The notes beneath the pieces were generated by a model, which saw nothing but the letters and a program-made list of their open reading frames with translations, did no database searches and was not told the DNA's origin. Positions 47,057 through 56,908 of a DNA stretch of 64,000 nt are shown here, piece after piece. The stretch lies in the sequence record LC788705.1; one strand, written 5' to 3'. Every line of letters starts with the position of its first letter. Position 1 is the first letter of the stretch. Position numbers and translations under genes: made by a program. This stretch comes from Escherichia coli phage NG_A1.

Positions 47057-49616
47057 CGAGAATCCTTCTCACGTTATCCAAATCTTTACATACAGCAATA
47101 AACTTATCATCCTTGTATTTGCTATGATCTGGATGCTCTTTATCCATTGCAGCTAGTTTCTTATACTCGAATTCTGCATCAAGTAATACACCCTTGACAT
47201 AACGAGTATATTCATCATCATCAATACAAGCGATTGATGGGTGCTGTTTCTTCATCTTACCACAAGAGTAGTCGCGAGAACCTCCAGCTTCAGAATCTGA
47301 ATCAATACCAATCGGACAGCCAGGAATACTAATACCGCGGTCTTTCTGAATATTACGAATCAGGATTTCATTGTATTGGTCGATCAAATCCTCACGAACA
47401 ATAGCAACTACGGAGTCGTGAACCAGCATAACAATCTTCATCTCTTGTTCTAGGCCAAGAGAAATGATCTCATTATCTGCATCTACAGCACCTAAAAGGA
47501 GACTATCAGAAGAAGCAGACTGAATGATTGCGTTAAATCCAGAACGGATTTCTTCACCTTGAACACCACGGTCTTCGGAGTGGATATTATGCAGACGACG
47601 TTTACGACCAAAGTGACTATAGATAAATCCATGATTCTTGATCTGATCATGGCACTTATCAATCCAACGCTTAAGCTGCGGGAACTGACCGAAGTAAGTT
47701 TCTATATACTCTTTAGCATCTGCAACCGTACACTCTACAAACGGTTCGCCTGTCTTAGCAGCCTGTTCCAGAAGAGCTTCGTTAACAGAATGAGCTACTT
47801 TAGCTGGGCCAGAACCATACAGAATACCAAAGGTGATTGCTTTAGCTGCTTGACGCAGAGCTGGGAATAACTTTTTAACATCACGAGGCTCGCATTGGAG
47901 CTTAAATACCATGTGTGCGATGTTAGAGTGGAAGTCGGGGTATTTATCTGGTTCATTTCTCATGTTGATAAATACTTGTTGCATATTTCTATCACCAGAT
48001 AGAACAGCAGCATAATAAACTTCCGCAGTTGTTAAGTCCCATGCAATTACACGATACCCGGGAGGAGCTACTACACAACCCTTGATAATAGATTCATCAC
48101 GAGGTAACTGTTGCAGGTTCAGTTTACCAGAAGAACTCAGACGACCAGAAGTAGTCATATGTTCATGGAAACCAGTACGAATGCAACCATCTGCATCAAT
48201 ACTCAGAAGAATCTTCTCAACATAAGTAGAGATCAGCTTAGTCAGCTTACGAATCTCTAGTAGAGTCTTAGCAATTGGATGCTGCGTAGACAATTCGTTC
48301 AGAGCTTCTGCATCTGTAGAGTCTGCTCCAGTATCCGTCAATTTACCTGTTGGAGTTAAGCCAACATAATCAAATAGAAGAACACGGAGTTGTTTAACAG
48401 AGTTTGGGTTAAACGCTTCGTTCTGATCTTTCTCTAGCTGAACGACTTCTGGATAAGTATACAGTTTTTCACGAGCTTTATTCAGATTATGGGTTAACTG
48501 GTACTGAGCTTCTTTTAAACGATCAATAGAAATAGGTACACCACGATCCTCAACACGCTGGAGAAATACACAACCAGGCATTAGGACATCATAATACAGA
48601 CTACAAAGTTTTTCATTCTTCTCAATTTTTGGTAAGAAGAAGTTGTGCAAACGTATGGTAGCATCGGTATCTTTCGCAGCGTAAGGCCACATAATATCAA
48701 ACGGAATTAAATCATAGGTGAAATCTTCTTTCTTGATTTTATGTGCTTTGCAGTAATCCTCTTTGAACTTATCTAGTTCGAAGTCATAGTCACCCATATC
48801 GGTATACTTCATTGCTAGAGATTTCAAGCCATGAGTACCACGACGTTCATCTAGAACATAATGCTGCAACATAGTATCATGGAGCCTGCGTTCTTTATGC
48901 GCTTTATCAAAAGTAAGTCCCAGATGGTACTTATAAAAGTGCATATCAAACTTCAGGTTGTGAAAAACAATAGTGTGGTTTTCACTATCCAGAATTTTCT
49001 GGAGATAATATACTGCAACCTCTGTGAGACAATCAGAATCGATATATACACCCTGATACTCTTGGTGAGACATAGAAACACCAAGCAGATAACCATCTCG
49101 ACAGTATAGTGCTGAGGTTTCGGAGTCGAATGCGACAGGTCCGATAACCATATTATACACCATCTTGATATATTCTTCCGCCTCGTCAGGGTCAGTAATA
49201 GGACGGTAATCACCAGCTTTTGCAACCTTCTCACGACCATTGATAATATCGTGGATATTTTCTACTGTTGCATCGAAAACTGGTTTCATTTCAGGTTTAA
49301 AGTGTAACTGGGCTGGGCTGATACTCGCAATCCAGTTAGCATATCCATTATACTCTACACGTTTACCAGTATAGTCACCAATGCCTTTCTTACCTGCGAA
49401 ATACAGGAAAGGTTCAGCACCTACTAGTATAACAAAATCGTAATCATTCGGATCAAATGGGTTTTCTGGTGTTCCAATAGTAATGTGCTTTTTAAGCAAA
49501 CGACCAGATAACTTCTCATTACACATATGGAATACATCAACTTCCTCGCCGTATAGCTGGAAATGTTTATCGTAACGAGTGTTGTTTAGGGCTTTATCAA
49601 CTACTGCGATTTTCAA
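47049..49616 (-). CDS. DNA polymerase, family A with 3'-5' exonuclease domain (855 aa)
   Basis: Exo motif VAFDSETSAL; polymerase motif B KAITFGILYGSG; motif C LVHDSVV. Confidence 0.85.
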   Translation of the reverse strand: MKIAVVDKALNNTRYDKHFQLYGEEVDVFHMCNEKLSGRLLKKHITIGTPENPFDPNDYDFVILVGAEPFLYFAGKKGIGDYTGKRVEYNGYANWIASISPAQLHFKPEMKPVFDATVENIHDIINGREKVAKAGDYRPITDPDEAEEYIKMVYNMVIGPVAFDSETSALYCRDGYLLGVSMSHQEYQGVYIDSDCLTEVAVYYLQKILDSENHTIVFHNLKFDMHFYKYHLGLTFDKAHKERRLHDTMLQHYVLDERRGTHGLKSLAMKYTDMGDYDFELDKFKEDYCKAHKIKKEDFTYDLIPFDIMWPYAAKDTDATIRLHNFFLPKIEKNEKLCSLYYDVLMPGCVFLQRVEDRGVPISIDRLKEAQYQLTHNLNKAREKLYTYPEVVQLEKDQNEAFNPNSVKQLRVLLFDYVGLTPTGKLTDTGADSTDAEALNELSTQHPIAKTLLEIRKLTKLISTYVEKILLSIDADGCIRTGFHEHMTTSGRLSSSGKLNLQQLPRDESIIKGCVVAPPGYRVIAWDLTTAEVYYAAVLSGDRNMQQVFINMRNEPDKYPDFHSNIAHMVFKLQCEPRDVKKLFPALRQAAKAITFGILYGSGPAKVAHSVNEALLEQAAKTGEPFVECTVADAKEYIETYFGQFPQLKRWIDKCHDQIKNHGFIYSHFGRKRRLHNIHSEDRGVQGEEIRSGFNAIIQSASSDSLLLGAVDADNEIISLGLEQEMKIVMLVHDSVVAIVREDLIDQYNEILIRNIQKDRGISIPGCPIGIDSDSEAGGSRDYSCGKMKKQHPSIACIDDDEYTRYVKGVLLDAEFEYKKLAAMDKEHPDHSKYKDDKFIAVCKDLDNVRRILGA

Positions 49617-49678
49617 ATTTAATCTCCTCTTGGTAAGTAAGTATAACTTCAGTGTTTCTTCTCTAACTTACCAATATA

Positions 49679-50569
49679 TTATACCAAATCTTTAAGCGAT
49701 TCAGCAACTAAAATTTCAATACGTTTTGCTAACATATCAATTTCTTCTTTATTTAAGTCACCGGGGTCTTTACCTTCGGGTAGAAGAAAGTTAGCAACTA
49801 CAGGTGTTAAACGCGTTTTTGTACGAATTAACTTGGCCAATGCTTGTGCAGCCTTATTACCAGAAGCATCATTATCTAGTAAGATAACAACAACTTTTAC
49901 ACCAGCAATAATATAAGGGCTGAACTTATCTGCAATATTATCCGAGGTAAACTGATGTGTACCAAAGCAACAAGAAGCATAGTCTATACCATTATCCTCT
50001 AGGTTCAGCATATCAAAGATACCTTCAACTAGAATAAGAACTGGAGTATTATATCGTACAGGGAAAATCGGTGGTGAAACTTGTTTTGGTTTTACTAAGT
50101 ATTTAGGAGGGGCAGAACTGTTTATAGAACGACCCAAAAATAGGATATTGCGTCCAACAGCATCTGTGATTGGGAATACAATTCTGCCTTCCCAGTCTGC
50201 TTGGTGTTGGAAAGCAAAATATTTCTTCAAGGTCTTAGAACTTATACCTCGGAAATCACCTTCGAAAAGGTAAGCAGATTCAGGAATTGCAAGATTTGTA
50301 GATCCATTCCTAATCTCTGAAATCTTTTTACGTACCTGCGATAGTCTTGGAGACTGTCGGTACTGAGTCTCATTAAAATAATGGTAAATGCTCGGTATAC
50401 CTTTACCGAAGCCACAACTCAAGCAGTGCATAATACCTGTTTCAGGATCAATACGCAAACTTGGATGTTTATCGTCATGATCTGGATTTAAGCAACAGAT
50501 TAAAATATCTCCACCAGTATCTTTATACTCAATTCCCTTAAGATCAAGTAATTCTGTTATTCGACTCAT
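49679..50569 (-). CDS. DnaG-type DNA primase (296 aa)
   Basis: Zinc-binding CCLNPDHDDKHPS...HCLSCG; TOPRIM motifs EGIFD and LDNDASG. Confidence 0.75.
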   Translation of the reverse strand: MSRITELLDLKGIEYKDTGGDILICCLNPDHDDKHPSLRIDPETGIMHCLSCGFGKGIPSIYHYFNETQYRQSPRLSQVRKKISEIRNGSTNLAIPESAYLFEGDFRGISSKTLKKYFAFQHQADWEGRIVFPITDAVGRNILFLGRSINSSAPPKYLVKPKQVSPPIFPVRYNTPVLILVEGIFDMLNLEDNGIDYASCCFGTHQFTSDNIADKFSPYIIAGVKVVVILLDNDASGNKAAQALAKLIRTKTRLTPVVANFLLPEGKDPGDLNKEEIDMLAKRIEILVAESLKDLV

Positions 50570-51087
50570 GAATTTAACTCCTCCAGTGAAGGATACTTAG
50601 TTGGATCAAAAATCTCTTGAACAGCATTTTCTCCATGTAATTGTAGACGTAGTTCATTGGCTTTAGTGACTGCAAGCTTTAGATCTGCATAATTAAAGAG
50701 CCCACCGTGAACTTTTTCTCCCATAGAATTTACTACTCTTACATGCCATTTGTGATCCCGCTTAAACCAGAAAACTCCCAAGTACCCAGATTTACTTCTA
50801 GCTGTTTTATTTCTGCTATTTTCTTGCCGGGTGGATGGCCTAATATTAATCCATCTATTATCCCAAGTAATTCGATTAATATGGTCTACTTCCCCTGGCA
50901 TATATCCTTCCATATATAGGAAGGCTAGTTGGTGTGCAAAGTATAATTTTCTATCTACCTTTATCCGTATGTATCCACTATCTAGAGTACCCGCAATACT
51001 ACCAGCTTTCTGATTGCCTCTAGATACTTTTCTAGTAAACTCCCCAGTCTCTGGGGAGTAGTCAAATAGTTCTGTTATTCTACTCAT
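50566..51087 (-). CDS. HNH homing endonuclease with AP2-like DNA-binding domain (173 aa)
   Basis: HNH_3 motif VDHINRITWDNRWINIR; AP2-like KSGYLGVFWFKRDHKWHVRV; ATGA overlaps at both ends. Confidence 0.75.
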   Translation of the reverse strand: MSRITELFDYSPETGEFTRKVSRGNQKAGSIAGTLDSGYIRIKVDRKLYFAHQLAFLYMEGYMPGEVDHINRITWDNRWINIRPSTRQENSRNKTARSKSGYLGVFWFKRDHKWHVRVVNSMGEKVHGGLFNYADLKLAVTKANELRLQLHGENAVQEIFDPTKYPSLEELNS

Positions 51088-52556
51088 ATATCGCTGGCCT
51101 GTTCACCTGTTGAATTTTCAGCTTTGTCTTTCTTAGCACGTTTAGATTGAGCCGGCTTATCCTTCTCAATAGGGATAACGAACTCAGCTTCCATTTGAGA
51201 TATATCTTCCATTGCTAGATTGGTAGTGTTATCCATCCGCAGGGTTTCCCAGTTCATTTTAGGCATAAACTTCACGCTATCAGAAGAACGAGTCTTAACG
51301 AAGTCAAACATAATAGCACCTTGACCATTATCAGCTTTTGCAGCATTAAGATTAGCAGCCATGTCTGCGGAATCAAGAATCCCCTTTGACATACGTGTTC
51401 TACCATCTTGATCGATCTGGTAAGGAGCTACGCCAGCCACGTTATGTTTCTGGCAGATGGATTTGAAAGACGAGCTAACAACCATCTGTTCTTTCCAGTC
51501 ATACATATCAATGGTTTTAGAATCTGGAAGTCGGGTTTGGTTAATATAGTCCAGTAAAGCTACTGTAACTTTATCACCATATCTAGCAACTAATTTATTT
51601 AATTCTACGTCAACTGTTGTAATGGACAGTTCAGGGTCATAAACGATAATCATAGGAGTATGTAGTTCATACCCTTCTATTAGCTTACTCTCCATATCGT
51701 AGAAATCACTCATCTTAGCCATTGTATACTGTTTAACGAAGTTATCGAAAAGCTCTTCACCACCGTTGAACATTCTAGCTCTAGTTCTGGCTAATCTCAA
51801 TAGAGCTGCACCTTCTAGAGTATTATTACGCATTGCTAGTGCTGATACCCCGGCTAACATGGCTAGATTACGTCTAAATACTTCATGTTCTTTCATCTCA
51901 ATTGAGAAGTATGGAGCAATATCTCCATTCAAATATTGCTGAACCTGTATGTTTGAACAGATAATGGATTTACCAGTACCACGCCAACCACCAAGCAGTA
52001 ACGTTTCTGTGCGAGCTAAACCAATTTGAGCGTCGAACTCATTACAAATACCAAGAGCGATTAAGTTCAGTTTGGTATCTTCTTCTCTCTGGAAAATACG
52101 CATGTTATCTGCGTTGAATACTTTTCCAGTATTCGTTACTTTCTCTTCTAATTTTAAGTGAAGGGAGGCAACTCGGTTGAGAATTTCTCCCTGATCCAGC
52201 ATTGTTAAATCTTGAAGCACGTCTGTTTCTAGAAGCTTCAGGAATAAATCCTGTGTATATTCAGCCTCTAGGACTTCAAGTGCCTGTTCCATGCTCACTT
52301 CTGGAATTTGAGTGTTAGCTAAGACGACTAGAGCTTGAGAAAGGCGGGCGTTCCTATTAGCTTCAAGCATAAGTGCGTCAATGGACGGCATTGTGTTATA
52401 TTTTTTATAATAATTCTGGACGGCTTGGTAAATTGAGGAGAAAGCGTCATTAAAATGATCTTTATGCAGTTTTGAGAATGTTTCCAATGCTATTTGCTTC
52501 TGTTCGGAAGCTAGAAGCATCTTCAACACTACAGCTTGCACGTTAAACAAGGTCAT
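51084..52556 (-). CDS. DnaB-like replicative helicase (490 aa from the RBS-supported ATG)
   Basis: Walker A GGWRGTGKS; AAAGGAGA RBS before ATG at 52556; track ORF starts at an upstream alternative codon. Confidence 0.7.
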   Translation of the reverse strand: MTLFNVQAVVLKMLLASEQKQIALETFSKLHKDHFNDAFSSIYQAVQNYYKKYNTMPSIDALMLEANRNARLSQALVVLANTQIPEVSMEQALEVLEAEYTQDLFLKLLETDVLQDLTMLDQGEILNRVASLHLKLEEKVTNTGKVFNADNMRIFQREEDTKLNLIALGICNEFDAQIGLARTETLLLGGWRGTGKSIICSNIQVQQYLNGDIAPYFSIEMKEHEVFRRNLAMLAGVSALAMRNNTLEGAALLRLARTRARMFNGGEELFDNFVKQYTMAKMSDFYDMESKLIEGYELHTPMIIVYDPELSITTVDVELNKLVARYGDKVTVALLDYINQTRLPDSKTIDMYDWKEQMVVSSSFKSICQKHNVAGVAPYQIDQDGRTRMSKGILDSADMAANLNAAKADNGQGAIMFDFVKTRSSDSVKFMPKMNWETLRMDNTTNLAMEDISQMEAEFVIPIEKDKPAQSKRAKKDKAENSTGEQASDI

Positions 52557-52586
52557 TCTCCTTTGCACGCTTTCGTGCCTTCTAAA

Positions 52587-52620
52587 TGCAAAAAGGGGAA
52601 GGAGCATAGCCCCCTCCCCT
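52587..52620 (-). terminator. Intrinsic terminator on the minus strand
   Basis: 11-bp G/C-rich stem with two G-U pairs followed by UUUUU on the minus strand. Confidence 0.6.
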
Positions 52621-52638
52621 TAGGTTTAATTTACCAGA

Positions 52639-53406
52639 TTATTCAGCAGCCGCAGCTTTTGCATCCAGTTTAGCACGCTTAGCGGCACCATCATAGTCCT
52701 TAGCAACCAGACCACGACGAGACAGCATAGATTTAACACCGCGCTCAGACTTACCAGTTTTCTCAGCGATCTCAGCAACAGTCATGTTAACCAGATCCAG
52801 ACCTTCTAACAGATCTTCACGAGTTTTAGCACTTGAGGTTTCCTGTACCGGCATAGCAGCGATACGACCTTCACGAAGCAGGCTCAGAGCTTTACCGCGG
52901 ATCTGCTTAATATTACGACCGAAGTGAGCAGCGATAGCTTCAATAGTAGCACCAGCAACAACCTGATTAACAAAATCAGTTTCTTCATCTGGAGTGAAGG
53001 AACGAACAGCAGCAGCTTTTTCGGTTGGCTTAACAGAAGCGGTCATTTCCAGACTCAGAATCTTACCCTGTACCTGCTTAGCACCGAACTGACCACCAGC
53101 CACAGCAGCAGCGATTTCAGCATAGGTATACTGACCAGCATGAGCGTTCAGGAAATCAACCAGTTCAGCTTCCTGCTCAGGAGTCCACGGGGATTTCTGT
53201 ACTTCGTTAGCTTTCTGTACTTCAAAACCTTCTTTACGCAGTTTAGAGCCAACAGAGCGAGCGGTAACATCTTTGCCAGTTTCAGCGGCCAGTTCAGCAG
53301 CGATAGCAGCTACTTGTTCTTGAGAGATTACAGCAACACCCAGAGCAGTGGCTTTTGCTTTCAGAGACTCGGTTACACCTTCTACGTTCCAGTTCAGTTT
53401 AGACAT
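52639..53406 (-). CDS. DNA-binding protein with three tandem HTH-like repeats, T5 D5-like (255 aa)
   Basis: Three repeats of the type T(I/V)AEIA...G...VK..LS; E. coli-optimised codon usage. Confidence 0.5.
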   Translation of the reverse strand: MSKLNWNVEGVTESLKAKATALGVAVISQEQVAAIAAELAAETGKDVTARSVGSKLRKEGFEVQKANEVQKSPWTPEQEAELVDFLNAHAGQYTYAEIAAAVAGGQFGAKQVQGKILSLEMTASVKPTEKAAAVRSFTPDEETDFVNQVVAGATIEAIAAHFGRNIKQIRGKALSLLREGRIAAMPVQETSSAKTREDLLEGLDLVNMTVAEIAEKTGKSERGVKSMLSRRGLVAKDYDGAAKRAKLDAKAAAAE

Positions 53407-54172
53407 TATTATTTTTCTCCAATAGTTCTTTAATCGACAGGATTTCTATCCCATTCGTTTCGGCTTTCTTATAAGATGAGGAAGAACGTTTTGATTCATC
53501 CTCACAGATTAGGTATTTGACGTCTTTGGTAACGGATTTCTTAACCGTGTATCCTAGACCTTCTAAGTAGTTTGTTGCATCCGTTCGATTTGCAAAATCT
53601 TGCAAAGATCCGGTAATACATACCGCGATTCCATTTGGCTGGGCAACTAAATCATCAGTAACGACGGTTTTAGCTTTAGCACCAGTTGAGAATTTCCACG
53701 GTAATTCGATAACATCCTTGCCTTGTGGGGAATTTAGCCAGGCTTTATAATTTTCTCCAGCCTTGCCGTCAGCCTTCACATCATGGAAGCTAGTGCAATT
53801 TTGGGATAATTTCTTTGCTGCAACCTCTCCAATTAGAGGGATTCCTAAAGAACCGAGAACTGAACCAAAGTCAATGTCTCCGCGAACTTTAGTATTTAAT
53901 TCGCTAATTAACTTAGCGGCAACCTTGCTACCCACGGCTCTAACCAAATCTTCTTCGGTTAGGTAAAAGAGTTCTGAAATCTTCGTCAGCTCCAGCTTCT
54001 CAATAGTTTTCGGGCCAAAGCCCTTTAACTTCATTTTTGAACAGAAGTTCTCAATTAACTTACTTGATTGCGCTGGACAGTTGGACTTATTCCGACAGAA
54101 TAATTGTCCGTTGACAAGATCTAGCTTAGAACCACAAGAGGGACATTGTGTTGGAATTTCGATTTTCATCAA
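53399..54172 (-). CDS. NAD-dependent DNA ligase, C-terminal fragment (zinc finger, HhH, BRCT) (257 aa)
   Basis: Zinc finger CPSCGSKLDLVNGQLFCRNKSNCPAQ; HhH GFGPKTIEKL; BRCT-like C-terminus. Confidence 0.75.
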   Translation of the reverse strand: MMKIEIPTQCPSCGSKLDLVNGQLFCRNKSNCPAQSSKLIENFCSKMKLKGFGPKTIEKLELTKISELFYLTEEDLVRAVGSKVAAKLISELNTKVRGDIDFGSVLGSLGIPLIGEVAAKKLSQNCTSFHDVKADGKAGENYKAWLNSPQGKDVIELPWKFSTGAKAKTVVTDDLVAQPNGIAVCITGSLQDFANRTDATNYLEGLGYTVKKSVTKDVKYLICEDESKRSSSSYKKAETNGIEILSIKELLEKNNNV

Positions 54173-54199
54173 ATTTCTTCCTTATCAATTTATATAAAT

Positions 54200-54228
54200 A
54201 TTATAGCAAGTATTTAAGCATTTAGCAA
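54200..54228 (-). promoter_or_regulatory. Early sigma70-type promoter (TTGCTA-N17-TATAAT) inside the gap between the ligase fragments
   Basis: -35 at 54223-54228, -10 at 54200-54205 on the minus strand. Confidence 0.6.
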
Positions 54229-54371
54229 CTACAATTTTAACTAACTTTGCTTACCCTCGCCATAACTTTCTATCCCTCAACTGAATGATAATAGTATATA
54301 CCTAAGCGGCGAAAATGTCAATAACCACTTTATAATTCCGATATGGTAGATGGGTAGCAAAGGGTTATGTA

Positions 54372-55343
54372 TTAATCGTATACTCGCTCTACTATGCACG
54401 GGATTACACCACCAGCACGAATCACTCGAATTTGGCAACCGATCTCTAGATCAAGAGAGTTAATATAATCAACGTTATTAAGAGTCGCTTTAACAATTGT
54501 AGCATCATCAATAATTACCGGTTCGAAATAACCAACTGGAGTTACTTTACCAGAAGCCCCTACCTGCCATTCAACTTTAGTAAGAGTTGTAATCTCACCT
54601 TCTTCATCCTCTTTAATAGCGAATGCTCCACGAGGGAATTTATTAGTCCAGCCTTCTCGGAAGAACTTGTTGTTGTCGTTAATACGAACAACTTTACCGT
54701 CCGTCGGAATCCATTTAAAGAAGGAACGCACATTAACAACTGTTAAGAAGTTCTCATTCTCTAGCCAAAGCATATCTTTTAAATACGCTTCTGTAATACC
54801 TACAGATTCAGCAGAACACTGGATACCATATGCAACGAAGATTAAACCACCTTCCCCGATACGTTGTACAAAATCATCACTATCTTTGAGGTTAATAGCA
54901 CCAGAGGCAAAGTTACGTTTATTTTCTACTTCTTTTGTAATTAGAACTTCACCAGTGATTTGAGTAGGTACTTTTTGGGAAATCTTTTTAGGGATGTTCA
55001 GCAATCTTACGTTGCTTGTGACATCATTCCCTAGAATACCATTACCACGAGTTAGTGCTTGAACAAATTCGCCATTAATATATAACAGAGAAATCGCACA
55101 ACCATCTAACTTATCAGTTTCTACTTGACCTAACGGGTTAAATGGGGGTTTATCTCCACGATTATAATAAACTTTCTGTAAAGAATACATACGATACAGA
55201 TGTGGAATATCACCCTTAGGTCCGATCTCTTCTTCTAACGGGAAGCGTTTTACCAGGCAATCATACTCCTCATCTGAGATTAAAGACATACCTTGATAAT
55301 ATGCTTCTTGGCAACGTTTAATAAAGTCTTTTACATTGGTCAT
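54372..55343 (-). CDS. NAD-dependent DNA ligase, N-terminal fragment (adenylation and OB domains) (323 aa)
   Basis: Adenylation motif I TDKLDGCAISLLY (KxDG). Confidence 0.75.
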   Translation of the reverse strand: MTNVKDFIKRCQEAYYQGMSLISDEEYDCLVKRFPLEEEIGPKGDIPHLYRMYSLQKVYYNRGDKPPFNPLGQVETDKLDGCAISLLYINGEFVQALTRGNGILGNDVTSNVRLLNIPKKISQKVPTQITGEVLITKEVENKRNFASGAINLKDSDDFVQRIGEGGLIFVAYGIQCSAESVGITEAYLKDMLWLENENFLTVVNVRSFFKWIPTDGKVVRINDNNKFFREGWTNKFPRGAFAIKEDEEGEITTLTKVEWQVGASGKVTPVGYFEPVIIDDATIVKATLNNVDYINSLDLEIGCQIRVIRAGGVIPCIVERVYD

Positions 55344-55616
55344 TTATTCTGCCTCATAGTATGTGGGTTGTCTAGTGGATCCGTGCCATGTATAATTTTT
55401 GCAAAGATGCAAATATGTAGTTTTTACTAGCCTATCTGACAACGGAGAGTATATTTCAGCTACTAATACTTCTTTTTCGTAATGAAGTGAAATCAGCTTA
55501 TACCCACTTCTAGTTTTAGTATACTTTTCTCCATTAATCTTCTCCTCCCACATAAGTATAAGAGGCTGTCCGATGTACGGGAAAGGTTTAAGTGTACTTA
55601 TACTTATCTTTTTCAC
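55344..55616 (-). CDS. Hypothetical early protein (90 aa)
   Basis: ORF downstream of the promoter at 55647-55675. Confidence 0.45.
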   Translation of the reverse strand: MKKISISTLKPFPYIGQPLILMWEEKINGEKYTKTRSGYKLISLHYEKEVLVAEIYSPLSDRLVKTTYLHLCKNYTWHGSTRQPTYYEAE

Positions 55617-55646
55617 TTTGCAACCCTCTCATTAATTTATATAAAT

Positions 55647-55675
55647 ATTATATAACAAAACTGAGTTGAAAGCAA
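55647..55675 (-). promoter_or_regulatory. Early sigma70-type promoter (TTGCTT-N17-TATAAT)
   Basis: -35 at 55670-55675, -10 at 55647-55652 on the minus strand. Confidence 0.6.
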
Positions 55676-55702
55676 GTACATTTATAAAGAAAAAGCCAAG
55701 AA

Positions 55703-56011
55703 CTAGGCATTCTTGGCTTTGAGTTCTTCAGCTCGTTTCTGTACTTCATGTAAAACCTCAGATTCGCTAAGAATCTGTGTAAACGCATAGAAAAGCTGTG
55801 ATGTTGTTTCTAGGGTGTAAGGAAAAGAGAAGCCAGATTTCGTTGGAAACCATTCATCATTAATATCAAGAAGCCAGTAACGAATACCCATGTATAGATT
55901 CCCACGAAATTCAGATACTGTTAATCTTACTTGTTCCCCCTCCTTCTCCCAAAGTATGATGGACTGGTCATCAACGTGTCCTTCATAGTTTTGATTTACC
56001 TGTTCGCTCAT
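55703..56011 (-). CDS. PC4-like ssDNA-binding protein (102 aa)
   Basis: LTVSEFRGNLYMGIRYW...FPTKSGFSF resembles the PC4/p15 fold signature; a PC4 homologue has been reported in T5. Confidence 0.55.
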   Translation of the reverse strand: MSEQVNQNYEGHVDDQSIILWEKEGEQVRLTVSEFRGNLYMGIRYWLLDINDEWFPTKSGFSFPYTLETTSQLFYAFTQILSESEVLHEVQKRAEELKAKNA

Positions 56012-56061
56012 TTACATATCCCAAATACACAAAAAGCCCCATATAGGGGCTAATTGGTTTC

Positions 56062-56358
56062 TTATCGGCCTACTGGAGAAGCACGATCTAACTCTGATTG
56101 GAGGCTAGTCACACGACGGACTTTCTCGACAGGAATAAAACGGAAGCTATCATTAGTACGAGAGAAGACAAGGATCTCATCATCTTTCGCTTTACGAATA
56201 CGTTCACGTTTAATACGCTCAGCCAGATATTTATCTTGGGCTGGATCAAATTCCATCGTACCCTGAAGGTACGTGGTTCCTTTCTGACGAAGTTTCTCGT
56301 AATGAAGATAAAACTCACCAAATTTTTCACATTGTGCGATAATTTCAGCTTTGGTCAT
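56062..56358 (-). CDS. Hypothetical early protein (98 aa)
   Basis: ORF track. Confidence 0.45.
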   Translation of the reverse strand: MTKAEIIAQCEKFGEFYLHYEKLRQKGTTYLQGTMEFDPAQDKYLAERIKRERIRKAKDDEILVFSRTNDSFRFIPVEKVRRVTSLQSELDRASPVGR

Positions 56359-56394
56359 AACTGTGTTCCTTTTGTTGGTGGATTTATCTAAAAA

Positions 56395-56805
56395 TTACTT
56401 AGTGATAGCTCGGATTGCTTCTGCCAGATGAGCAGCCGCTTTACCGGTCAGTTTGTCGATAATTGCATCATCCAGAAAATCTGGTGCTAGGCCAGCATCA
56501 GAGAATGCTGAACGAAGATCGGCATGAGCTTGGGCTTTGGAAGTGCGAGAACCACCAGAAGCTTTTTCTCCAGTAGATGCACTAGATTTAGAAGCAGAGC
56601 CAGCAGCTTTCTTGATATATACACCTGCTTTGGTCAACTTCATACGAAAACCGTTCGGAGTTACACCATTTTCCTGAGCAATTTCGCTAACAATTTCCAT
56701 GCTAACACCCGGACGTTCATCCTCTGGGAATTGCTCCATACGAGCAACGTATTCGGAAGACATTTTTTCGAACAGTTCATCAGTCCACTGAGTTGGAGTA
56801 GTCAT
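56395..56805 (-). CDS. HTH-repeat DNA-binding protein, paralogue of the D5-like protein (136 aa)
   Basis: Segment VSMEIVSEIAQENGVTPNGFRMKLTKAG matches the repeat unit of 52639..53406. Confidence 0.45.
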   Translation of the reverse strand: MTTPTQWTDELFEKMSSEYVARMEQFPEDERPGVSMEIVSEIAQENGVTPNGFRMKLTKAGVYIKKAAGSASKSSASTGEKASGGSRTSKAQAHADLRSAFSDAGLAPDFLDDAIIDKLTGKAAAHLAEAIRAITK

Positions 56806-56862
56806 ATTTTATATTTCCTTAATTAAGAATTAAACAGAATAGTTCTTTCAAACTATGAGAAT

Positions 56863-56891
56863 ATTATATCAAGAATTATAGGATTAAGCAA
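56863..56891 (-). promoter_or_regulatory. Early sigma70-type promoter (TTGCTT-N17-TATAAT)
   Basis: -35 at 56886-56891, -10 at 56863-56868 on the minus strand. Confidence 0.6.
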
Positions 56892-56908
56892 CTGAAATTT
56901 TTCTGTAG

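Noticed and set aside
54173-54371. Intron or intein explaining the split ligase
   Set aside because: Gap is only 199 bp with a canonical promoter and no intron-like structure; the two ORFs have independent start contexts.
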